Source: Candidatus Eiseniibacteriota bacterium
GTDB lineage: Bacteria > Eisenbacteria > RBG-16-71-46 > CAZAMP01
NCBI GenBank assembly: GCA_965224245.1
Contig: OZ245046.1
Span: 4,960,001 to 5,024,000 of the forward strand
Direction: 5' to 3'
Length of the DNA: 64,000 bases
Each line of letters begins with the position of its first letter. Positions within the stretch are counted from its first letter, which is position 1. The position numbers and the translations under genes are program-made. The notes below the pieces were generated by a model that made no database searches, was not told where the DNA came from, and was given only the letters and a program-made list of their open reading frames with translations. Shown here piece after piece: positions 48,893 through 57,391 of the stretch.

Positions 48893-49930
48893 GTGCCCGA
48901 CGAGCGACGCATCCGCCTCGACGACGACGCCCCCGCGATCGACGCACGCGATCCGTTCGGCCGGATCGTCACCGCCAGCCGCGACATGGCGGACGTCTGC
49001 CGGCGGGCTGCGATGGCGGCGCGCGTGGACCTCGCGACGATGATCGTGGGCGAGCGCGGCACGGGCAAGGAGCTGATCGCCCGGGCGATGCACGCGTCGA
49101 GCCCACGCGCGGCGCGGCCGTTCGTGGTGGTGGACTGCGCCGCGTTTTCGCCGGACGTGACGGCGCATCTTCTCTTCGGGCGAGCCGAGACGACGCCGGA
49201 CCCCGCAGAGCGGCCGCCGGCCGGCCTGCTCGCCGAGGCCGACGGCGGGACGCTCTTCCTCGACGAGATCCTCGAGCTGGACGTCGCCTCGCAGACGCGA
49301 CTGGTCGAGGCTCTAGACCGCGCCCGGACGCGTCGGCCCGGAGGCCCGGGCGGACGCGACGTCGACGCCCGCATCCTGGCCGCGACGAGCCGCGACCCGG
49401 GTCCGTCGATCGCGCGCGGCGCGTTCCGCCGGGATCTCCTCGCCCGCGTGAGCACGCTCGAGCTGCGCGTGCCCCCGCTTCGTCGGCGGCCCGGTGACGT
49501 CCCCGTTCTCGTCGATCACTTCGCGCGCCGGCACGCCGATGCCGACCACCGCGAGATCCGCGTGACCGAGAAGGCGATGGCGGTGCTCGAGTCGTGGACG
49601 TGGCCCGGCAACGTGCGCGAGCTCGAACAGGTCGTCGTACGCGCGGGGGCCGTCGCCCGCATCAGCGGGCGCGAGCGGATCATCGACGTGTCCGATCTCG
49701 CGCCGCTACTCACGCCCGGCGTCGCGCCGCCGGGGACGGCCGATGCCGCGCGGGACCAGAGCCCGGCCTCCGCCGCCTCACCGGCCGGGGCCACGCTCGA
49801 CGTTCACGAGCGGGCGCTGATCGAGGACGCGCTGGCCAGGGCCGAGGGCAACAAGTCCAAGGCGTCGCGCCTGCTCGGCATCCACCGGAACTCGCTGGCC
49901 CGCCGCATGGCACGCCTCGGCATCGGCTGA
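48893..49930 (+). CDS. Sigma54-activator-like AAA+ protein with Fis HTH, lacking GAFTGA
   Basis: GERGTGKE, TLFLDEI, FRRDL, WPGNVREL, GNKSKASRLLGI. Confidence 0.85.
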   Translation: MPDERRIRLDDDAPAIDARDPFGRIVTASRDMADVCRRAAMAARVDLATMIVGERGTGKELIARAMHASSPRAARPFVVVDCAAFSPDVTAHLLFGRAETTPDPAERPPAGLLAEADGGTLFLDEILELDVASQTRLVEALDRARTRRPGGPGGRDVDARILAATSRDPGPSIARGAFRRDLLARVSTLELRVPPLRRRPGDVPVLVDHFARRHADADHREIRVTEKAMAVLESWTWPGNVRELEQVVVRAGAVARISGRERIIDVSDLAPLLTPGVAPPGTADAARDQSPASAASPAGATLDVHERALIEDALARAEGNKSKASRLLGIHRNSLARRMARLGIG

Positions 49931-49971
49931 GTCCGCCGACGGGCGCGACATGTAGAACCGCTCACCGGTCG

Positions 49972-50544
49972 TCACTCGTCGGTGGTCATGTCCCGGTGGA
50001 GGCGCGCGACGATGTAGCGCCAGTCGTAGTCGACCGTCCGAACCGACACGCCGAGCGCCGCAGCCGTCTCCTCGCGGGTGAGGCCCGCGAAGTACCGGAG
50101 CTTGACGATGTCGGCCTTGCGGGGATCGTCGGCCTCGAGACGGGACAGCGCCTGGTCCAGCGCGAGCATGTCCTCGACCGGAGCATCGACCGCCACGTCC
50201 ACGTCGTCGACGTCCAGCCGCTTCTGATCCCCGCCTCGCTTGAGGCTGGACTTCCGGCGTGCCTGCTCCACCAGGATCTGGCGCATCGCCTCGGCCGCGA
50301 CCGCGAAGAAGTGCCCCCGGCCGTTCCACTTGGGATCGGTCGCTCCGACCAGGCGGATGTAGGCCTCGTGCACGAGCGCCGTCGGCTGGAGCGTGTTGCC
50401 GGGCGGTACCTTGGCCATGCGCGAGCGCGCCAGCTTGCGGAGCTCCCCGTACACGAGCGGCAGCAGCTCGGACGCCGCCCGCTCGTCGCCCTGGCTCGCC
50501 GCGATCAGGACGCGGGTGATTGGACCCTTCGGTTCCTCTGCCAT
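49972..50544 (-). CDS. ECF sigma factor, TIGR02999/ECF43-like
   Basis: LLPLVYGELRKLA, TLQPTALVHEAYIRL, AMRQILVEQARRK, KLRYFAGLT. Confidence 0.92.
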   Translation of the reverse strand: MAEEPKGPITRVLIAASQGDERAASELLPLVYGELRKLARSRMAKVPPGNTLQPTALVHEAYIRLVGATDPKWNGRGHFFAVAAEAMRQILVEQARRKSSLKRGGDQKRLDVDDVDVAVDAPVEDMLALDQALSRLEADDPRKADIVKLRYFAGLTREETAAALGVSVRTVDYDWRYIVARLHRDMTTDE

Positions 50545-50814
50545 GATCTCTCCGGAGCTAGCTCTTCAGAACGTCACCTTCAGGTGCACGCGGGACTCGG
50601 CGATCCTCGCGCGGCTGCCGATCTCGGCGGTTCGTTCGATCGACGTCGATCCTCCGGTCGTGCCCGGCGGCCGGCCCGCACGAGACCTTCGAGGATGGAC
50701 GCGAGTGCGAGCGAACGAGAGGATCATACCGCGTTTGGGGGGTCGGCACAGGCTCCGAGACCGAAGGCCGCCCGAACGCCCCGACGACCACCCGGAAACC
50801 GGTCCGCCCGACCC

Positions 50815-51552
50815 CTACGGGCGGGCGATTCGCCGGGGCTCGCCCGTGGGCTGAACGCCCTTCACGATGGTGGCGACGCCGTACCAGCTCGACCACCCGG
50901 CGGGATCGTCCACGTCGACGAACGGATCGTCACCCGCGTCGTGCGGCGCCGGAGCCGCGTCGGAGCTCGCGTCGTCGACGACGAGCGCGTAGAAGTCGTT
51001 CTCGGACTGGTACGCGTCCACGTCGGGCTCACCCTTGGCCGGACGCCCGCGGCGCATGCCGTCGTGATCGCGCACGTGCTCTCCCGCTCGGTCGCGCAGC
51101 GCGAGCGAGGTGCCGTCGACAGGAGAGCCTGGAGATTCGCCCCCCGCCGAGACCGGCGCGTCCACGATCGGAGGCGTGTCCACCTCGGCGAGGACGGGGG
51201 CGTCGGGTGAGGACTGACGACCCACGCCGATGCCGAGCCCGAACGCGGTGACGATGCTCGCGGCCAACGCGACCGGCCTCCACCAGGTTCGCGCACGGAG
51301 GTCGCCCGATGCCCGCGATGGCAGCGCGATCGGCTCGACCGGAGGCGTCGCCGACGGGGCACCCGCGTGGGCGGGATCCTCGGCGTCGGCCGCGCCGATC
51401 AGCCCGCGCGCCCGGAGCGCGGCGACGATGCGATCCTCCAGGTCCGGGGACGGGGCGTCGGCCGGCGTGCCCAGTGACTCGAACGCCGCTCGTTCGGCGT
51501 CGGTCAGGTGATCGGTGGGCTCGTGTCGTCGGTCAGAGTAGTCGTGGCTCAT
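50815..51552 (-). CDS. Putative anti-sigma membrane protein
   Basis: Overlaps the upstream ECF gene; PSPDLEDRIVAAL; TM helix ALAASIVTAFGLGIGVG. Confidence 0.6.
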   Translation of the reverse strand: MSHDYSDRRHEPTDHLTDAERAAFESLGTPADAPSPDLEDRIVAALRARGLIGAADAEDPAHAGAPSATPPVEPIALPSRASGDLRARTWWRPVALAASIVTAFGLGIGVGRQSSPDAPVLAEVDTPPIVDAPVSAGGESPGSPVDGTSLALRDRAGEHVRDHDGMRRGRPAKGEPDVDAYQSENDFYALVVDDASSDAAPAPHDAGDDPFVDVDDPAGWSSWYGVATIVKGVQPTGEPRRIARP

Positions 51553-52123
51553 GGGTTTCTCGTGCGTCTGTTTCCCGTGTGTCGTTCAGCCATGTGCGGA
51601 CCGCGCGCCTCGCGCGGCTCAGCTGGCTCTTCGAGGTTCCCGTCTCGATTCCGAGGAGCGACCCGATCTCCGCGTGAGTATACCCCTCGATGTCGTGCAG
51701 GATCAGCACCTCGCGATATCCCGCCGGCAGCCGGGAGATCGCCCGTTCCAGATCGATTCGACCCAGCGAGCCGTTCCGGGCCGGCGAGACCGGTCCGTCG
51801 AGCCCGTCCAGGGTGTCTCCATCGTCGCGTGCGCGGCGACGGATGGCCTCGCGGCAGCAGTTCAACGCGATCCCCGTCAGCCAGCTCGGGAGCGCCGACT
51901 CCCATCTGAACCCGGAGAGGCGCTCGGCGGCCCGGATCCACGTCGTCTGCACGATGTCCTCGGCGTCACGGCGCCGCCCGGCGGACATGCGAAGAGCGAC
52001 CCGGTAGAGAACGGGCGTGTGGCGTTGGTACAGGGCACGGAACGCACGTTCACACCGGTCGTTCAGAAACGACTCGACGAGTGATCGATCGCTGAATTCC
52101 GCGTGCAGCCCGGTATCCGCCAT
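51533..52123 (-). CDS. ECF sigma factor (sigma24/RpoE-like)
   Basis: DAEDIVQTTW, WLTGIALN, LPAGYREVLILHDIEGYTHAEI...TSKSQLSRAR. Confidence 0.93.
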   Translation of the reverse strand: MADTGLHAEFSDRSLVESFLNDRCERAFRALYQRHTPVLYRVALRMSAGRRRDAEDIVQTTWIRAAERLSGFRWESALPSWLTGIALNCCREAIRRRARDDGDTLDGLDGPVSPARNGSLGRIDLERAISRLPAGYREVLILHDIEGYTHAEIGSLLGIETGTSKSQLSRARRAVRTWLNDTRETDARETHEPRLL

Positions 52124-52312
52124 GTGTGTCGTTCCGTCCACCCCCGTCGACCCGACCCCCGGTCGACCCGATCGCGTGTGTCGAGTCGTCCACCGGACAT
52201 GGAAAGACCCACGTCCGTGGGTGAGTGGGGAGAGGGGGGATGCTCGAGCATCTCCCCCCCGCCGTATCGTCGGCACGCTCTCGCGCACCGTCTCTCCGCT
52301 AGCGTCGTCCCG

Positions 52313-53509
52313 TTACTTCGACGCGAGCTGCTGCTGACGCAGCTCCTCCTCGAACCTCGAGGCCTGCTGTGTGAAGTACGGGTTGTTCGGATCCTCGGCG
52401 ATCGCCATCTGGATCAGCGTGACGGCTTCCTCGCAGTCGCCCTTCAGATTGCAGATCTCGGCCAGCGTGTCGTAGATGTTGGCCTTCTGCGATCCGGCCT
52501 CGGCCAGCGAGATGCCCTGGTTGGCGATCTCGTACGCCTCGTCCAGGTTGATCGCGTTCTCGAAGCACCACCACGCGAAGTTGTTGAGCTGGTTGGGCTG
52601 GGTCTCCCAGTCCTCGGGCATCGACGCGCGCTTGGTCTCCACGGCCTTGTCCACGTCGCCTTCCACGTGCAGCACGTAGTCCGCGGCGTACCAGTTGCGG
52701 TACTTGGCGATCTCCTTGCCCTCCAGGCCCTCGGTCCGGTCCATCGCGGCCTGGAGGTACGGCACGAAGAAGTCGTCGTCGCCGGCCTTGCGCGACAGCT
52801 CGCGGACGTTCCAGAGCACGCCGAACAGCCGGGCCTGCTCGCCGCCGGAGGTGCGCGCGAAGACCGCATCGGCGGCCTCGCCGACCTGGTCCAGCGTGAA
52901 GAGGCTGTGCTTGGCTCCGGTCGAGACCGCGGTGAAGTAGCCCCAGGTGTGGTCGGCGCGCCGATCGAGATTCATCGCCTGCTGGAAGTACGCGGCGGCC
53001 TCGGCGGCCATTCCCTCCGAGAGGCGGATCTTGGCGATCTTGGCCGCGTCGCCGGCTGACGGATGCGACGCGAAGCGAGTGAGACGCTCGGAGAGCGGGA
53101 TCATGTCGGCGACCGCGTGATCGACGCTCTCGACGAAGTAGTCGGCCTTCTTGAAGCCCATCCAGCGGTCCATCACCGCCCCGTCGGCGTTGGTCAACAG
53201 GAAGGTCGGGTAGTTGGTGACGTTGTACTGCTTGGCGATCTCCACGCCGTCGCCCTTCTCGGCGTCGAGCTGGACGAGGATGACCTTCTCGCCGAGCGCG
53301 GTGCGGAAGTCGGCATTCTCGTCGACCGCGGCGTCGAAGCTCTTGCAGACCGAGCACCACTCGGTGCCGACCTTGAACAGGACCGGCTTCTCGGTCTCCG
53401 CCGACTTGACCATGGCATCGGCGACCGAGAGTGAATGCGTACCGGCGGACACCCAGCCCGCCGTGGCGAGGCTGAGCGCGGCGAACGTGATCAGAGCACG
53501 GGTTCTCAT
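52313..53509 (-). CDS. Exported thioredoxin-fold (CxxC) protein with TPR repeats
   Basis: Signal peptide; EWCSVC; NYPTF cis-Pro loop; LNNFAW...IYDTLAEI. Confidence 0.85.
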   Translation of the reverse strand: MRTRALITFAALSLATAGWVSAGTHSLSVADAMVKSAETEKPVLFKVGTEWCSVCKSFDAAVDENADFRTALGEKVILVQLDAEKGDGVEIAKQYNVTNYPTFLLTNADGAVMDRWMGFKKADYFVESVDHAVADMIPLSERLTRFASHPSAGDAAKIAKIRLSEGMAAEAAAYFQQAMNLDRRADHTWGYFTAVSTGAKHSLFTLDQVGEAADAVFARTSGGEQARLFGVLWNVRELSRKAGDDDFFVPYLQAAMDRTEGLEGKEIAKYRNWYAADYVLHVEGDVDKAVETKRASMPEDWETQPNQLNNFAWWCFENAINLDEAYEIANQGISLAEAGSQKANIYDTLAEICNLKGDCEEAVTLIQMAIAEDPNNPYFTQQASRFEEELRQQQLASK

Positions 53510-53836
53510 GAGCGAGCAGTCCTTTCGAGTGGGGGCGAACGCCCTAAGTATATAAGCCAGAGGTTTTTGCGAGTGAGCTCAAATCGCACCGGACCCATGA
53601 CGAGTGCGACGGGGGGCGGCGTGGGCCGGGTTGATCGCCACCCCCCATCACTCGAGTCGCTAGGTTAGTGCACGGACGGCGCGCCAGGGTTGCACCGCTA
53701 ACGGAATACATTCCAGCTGGATATGGGTCGCGAGGAGCGGAGGCGCCTCGCGGCCCTTGGCCGATGTCCCCGGGTTTGCGACACTCCCCGATCGGTTGAC
53801 ACGAGTCGGTCCTCTCGAGCGAAAGGACTCGTCGAG

Positions 53837-56266
53837 GTGCGGATTCGAGCGCTCGTTCGGTGCAAGGCCGGGCTAGCCGGGCTGTCGGTCGCCACGCTCG
53901 CGGTCGTGTGGACCCCGGTCCCACGGGCCGCCGAGACGGGCACGGCGCCGGGGCGCGCCGTGCAGATCGGGGTCGTCATCGATGGCCCGGGTCCATTGAA
54001 CGAGCCGGTCTCCGCGCTGGTGCGGGACGCCATCGACGAGCTGTCCGGCGACACGTTCGACATCACCTATCCCATCTCCGCGACCCGGGTCGCCGACTGG
54101 AGCGCCGGGGGCGTCTCGGCCGCGCTCGACGCCGTTCTGGCCGATCCGGACGTGGATCTGGTCCTGGCCATGGGCGTCATCGCCTCCTACGACGCCGCTC
54201 GCCGGGGACCGTTGCCGAAGCCGGTCATCGCGCCGTTCGTGCTGAACTCCGGGGGCGACATCGTTCCCGACCCCGACGGCGCGTCGGGCATCCGGAACCT
54301 GAGCTACCTCCTGATGCCACGGACGTTCCGGCGAGACGTGGAGGCCTTCTCCGAGATCGTCGCGCTTCACGAGCTCGCCGTGCTGTACAGCGGACGCATC
54401 GCCCGCGCGCTACCGGACATTCCGGCCAACGCGGCCGAGACCCTCGAGGAGATGGGCATCCGGTTCGAGAGTGTGTTGGTGGAGGACGACACCCGGGCCG
54501 CGCTGTCGCGCCTGGACAGCCTGGGGACGATCGACGGGGTCTTCGTGATGCCACAGATCCACCTGCCGGTGGCGGAGATGCGCGAGCTGGCGGACGGGCT
54601 CGTCGCCCGCCGCCTGCCGAGCTTCTCGCTCCTGGGGAGACGCGACGTCGAAGCGGGCATCCTCGGAAGTCTGAATCCCGACATCTTCCCGCGTCTCGCC
54701 CGACGCGTCGCATTGCACGTGCACAACACGCTCCTCGGCGACCCTCCCTCCGAGATGAGCGTCGCGTTTGCAGCGGGCGAGCGGCTGACCGTGAACACGG
54801 GCACCGCGGATGCGATCGGACTCCCGCTGAGCTGGAGCATGGTCACCCAGGCCGACATCGTGAGCCCCGAGGCGGACGAGCGGGCACGCCGCGTGAATCT
54901 CGATCTCATCGTCGAGGAGGCGCTACGCGTGAATGCCGATCTCGACGCGGCCGCTCTCGCGGTGGACGCGGGCGCGGCCGACGTGTCGCGGGCGCGCTCG
55001 GCGCTCCTGCCCCGGATCGACCTGCGCGGAACGGGCGTCGTGATCGACGAGGATCGGGCCTCTCCACTGAGCGCCGCCGAGCGGACGATCACCGGCGCCG
55101 CCAGCGCCTCGCAGGTGATCTGGTCCGAGCCGGCGCTGGCCGACCTGGCCATCCAGCGCTCGCGACAGGAGCAGCGGGTCGCCGAGTACGACGCCGTTCG
55201 CCTCGACGTGGCCCAGGCCGCGGCGACCGCCTACTTCCGGGTGCTGCGCGCGTCGAGCCTCGAGCAGATCCAGAAGCGCAACGTGCAGCTCACCCGGTCG
55301 AACCTGGAGCTCGCCGAGGTACGCGAGCTGATCGGTCAGTCCGGTCCGTCCGAGACGCTTCGGTTCCAGAGCCAGCTCGCGAGCGACACGCGCGACGCGA
55401 TCGAGGCGAACTCGCGGCGAAACGTGGCCGAGATGGAGCTGAACCGGATCCTGAGCCGGCCCCTGGAGGAGCCGTTCGCGCCGGAGGACGAGTCGCTCGA
55501 GGGCCTGATCCGGGCGCTGCGCGAGTCGGGCCTGACCCGGTTCTTCGACAGCAAGGCCTCGTTCGCGGCATTCCGGGAGTTCATGGCCCGCGAAGCGGTG
55601 GATGCCTCGCCGGAGCTGGCGGCCCTGGATGCAGCCATCACGGCCCAGGATCGCGCGCTCTCGTCGGCGTCGCGCGCGTTCTGGTCGCCCACGCTGACTC
55701 TCGCCGGGGAGGTGGCCCACCGCTTCGACGAGTCGGGGGCGGGCACCGGAGATCCGCCCGCCGTGCTGGGATCGGCGCCCGACGACACCGACTGGAACGT
55801 CGCGCTCTCGCTGACGTTTCCGCTCTTCTCGGGCGGCGGCAAGCTCGCGGATCGTTCACGGGCGCATGGCACGCTGGCCGAGCTCCGCCGCCGGCGGGAA
55901 GCGACGGCCGAGCGCATCGAGCAACGGGTCCGAGCCGCGTTGCACCTCGCGGGCGCGTCCCACGCCGGTATCTACCAGGCCGACATCGCCTCCGACGCCG
56001 CCCGCCGGAGCCTCGACGCGGTCGTCGACGCGTACGGGCAGGGCGTCGTCTCCATACTGGATCTTCTCGACGCCCAGACGACCGCACGGGTCGCCGAGGA
56101 GCAGGCGGCGGCGGCCATCTACGACTTCCTCATCGATCTGATGGAGGCACAGCGCGCCGTCGGACGACTCTCGCTCTTCATCGATCCCGCCGAGCGCCGG
56201 TCGCTGATCGAGCGCTGCACGGCCTACTTCGATTCCCGGGGGCTCGCCGATCCGGGCCGACGGTGA
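53837..56266 (+). CDS. TolC-family outer-membrane efflux protein with N-terminal solute-binding-like domain
   Basis: C-terminal OEP motifs ARSALLPRIDL, LSLTFPLFSGG, YGQGVVSILDLLDAQ; N-terminal ...VNTGTADAIGL; start uncertain. Confidence 0.85.
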   Translation: MRIRALVRCKAGLAGLSVATLAVVWTPVPRAAETGTAPGRAVQIGVVIDGPGPLNEPVSALVRDAIDELSGDTFDITYPISATRVADWSAGGVSAALDAVLADPDVDLVLAMGVIASYDAARRGPLPKPVIAPFVLNSGGDIVPDPDGASGIRNLSYLLMPRTFRRDVEAFSEIVALHELAVLYSGRIARALPDIPANAAETLEEMGIRFESVLVEDDTRAALSRLDSLGTIDGVFVMPQIHLPVAEMRELADGLVARRLPSFSLLGRRDVEAGILGSLNPDIFPRLARRVALHVHNTLLGDPPSEMSVAFAAGERLTVNTGTADAIGLPLSWSMVTQADIVSPEADERARRVNLDLIVEEALRVNADLDAAALAVDAGAADVSRARSALLPRIDLRGTGVVIDEDRASPLSAAERTITGAASASQVIWSEPALADLAIQRSRQEQRVAEYDAVRLDVAQAAATAYFRVLRASSLEQIQKRNVQLTRSNLELAEVRELIGQSGPSETLRFQSQLASDTRDAIEANSRRNVAEMELNRILSRPLEEPFAPEDESLEGLIRALRESGLTRFFDSKASFAAFREFMAREAVDASPELAALDAAITAQDRALSSASRAFWSPTLTLAGEVAHRFDESGAGTGDPPAVLGSAPDDTDWNVALSLTFPLFSGGGKLADRSRAHGTLAELRRRREATAERIEQRVRAALHLAGASHAGIYQADIASDAARRSLDAVVDAYGQGVVSILDLLDAQTTARVAEEQAAAAIYDFLIDLMEAQRAVGRLSLFIDPAERRSLIERCTAYFDSRGLADPGRR

Positions 56267-56280
56267 GAAAGGGACTGCCC

Positions 56281-57375
56281 ATGAGACGCATGTACGCGCA
56301 CGTGATGCCGCTCCTGTCGCTCGGTCTCGCGGTCGCGCTCGCATGCGATCGTGAGGAGCCCGGGCGCGAGACGATCGTTCGTCCCGTTCGCTACGAACGC
56401 GTGTACTCGGGCGCCACGAGTCGTGTCCGGTCGTTCTCGGGAACCGCCCGAGCCAGCATCGAGTCACGGCTGAGCTTCAAGGTCGCGGGAACGATCGAAC
56501 GACTCAACGTGACCATGGGAGACGCCGTGTCGGCCGGCGACGAGATCGGCCACCTCGACGACGACGACTACCGGATCCGCGTGGATCAGACGTCGGCCTC
56601 GCTGGAGCAGGCCAAGGCCCAGGCTCGCAACGCGGAGAGCAGCTATCGCCGCACGCTCGGCCTGTACGAGAACAACAACGCGTCGCGTGATCAGCTCGAT
56701 GCCGCGCGCGCGGCCAAGGAATCGGCCGAGGCGCAGGTGCGATCCCTCGAGAACAGCCTGGAGCTCGCGCGTCTCCAGCTCAGCTACACGCGTCTGATCG
56801 CGCCGGTGACCGGGAGCATCATGTCGGCGCCGGTCGAGGTGAACGAGAACGTGCAGGCCGGTCAGACCATCGTCACGCTCTCCGCGGGCGCCGAGCCCGA
56901 GGTCGTCGTCGGGGTGCCGGAGATCCTGATCTCGCAGATCCGGGACGGCGCGCCGGTGACGGTCACGTTCGACGCGATCTCCGGCCGGCGGTTCGCCGCC
57001 GTCGTGACCGAGGTAGCGATCGCGCCGTCACCGGGCTCGTCCACGTTCCAGGTGACCGCGCGTCTCGAGGAATCCGATCCGGCCATCCGATCGGGAATGG
57101 CGTGCGAGGTCGCCTTCGAGTTCGAGTCCGCGCACCGCGACGGCTTCCTCGTGCCGCCCGTCGCCGTGCTGGAGGATCGTACCGGACGCTTCGTCTATGT
57201 CGTGGACATCGGCGAGGGCGACAGCGGCACCACCCGCCGGGTGAGCGTGGAGACCGGCGAGCTGACCTCCGACGGTCTCGAGATCCTCAGCGGCCTCACC
57301 GACGGCGACATCGTGGTCACGGCCGGGGTGTCCCGGATCACCGACGGCCAGACCGTCCGGCTCCTCGCGAACTGA
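56281..57375 (+). CDS. RND periplasmic adaptor (membrane fusion protein)
   Basis: Lipobox ALAC; LSFKVAGTI, LIAPVTG, GLTDGDIVVTAG. Confidence 0.93.
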   Translation: MRRMYAHVMPLLSLGLAVALACDREEPGRETIVRPVRYERVYSGATSRVRSFSGTARASIESRLSFKVAGTIERLNVTMGDAVSAGDEIGHLDDDDYRIRVDQTSASLEQAKAQARNAESSYRRTLGLYENNNASRDQLDAARAAKESAEAQVRSLENSLELARLQLSYTRLIAPVTGSIMSAPVEVNENVQAGQTIVTLSAGAEPEVVVGVPEILISQIRDGAPVTVTFDAISGRRFAAVVTEVAIAPSPGSSTFQVTARLEESDPAIRSGMACEVAFEFESAHRDGFLVPPVAVLEDRTGRFVYVVDIGEGDSGTTRRVSVETGELTSDGLEILSGLTDGDIVVTAGVSRITDGQTVRLLAN

Positions 57376-57391
57376 CCGCGAAAGGATTGAC

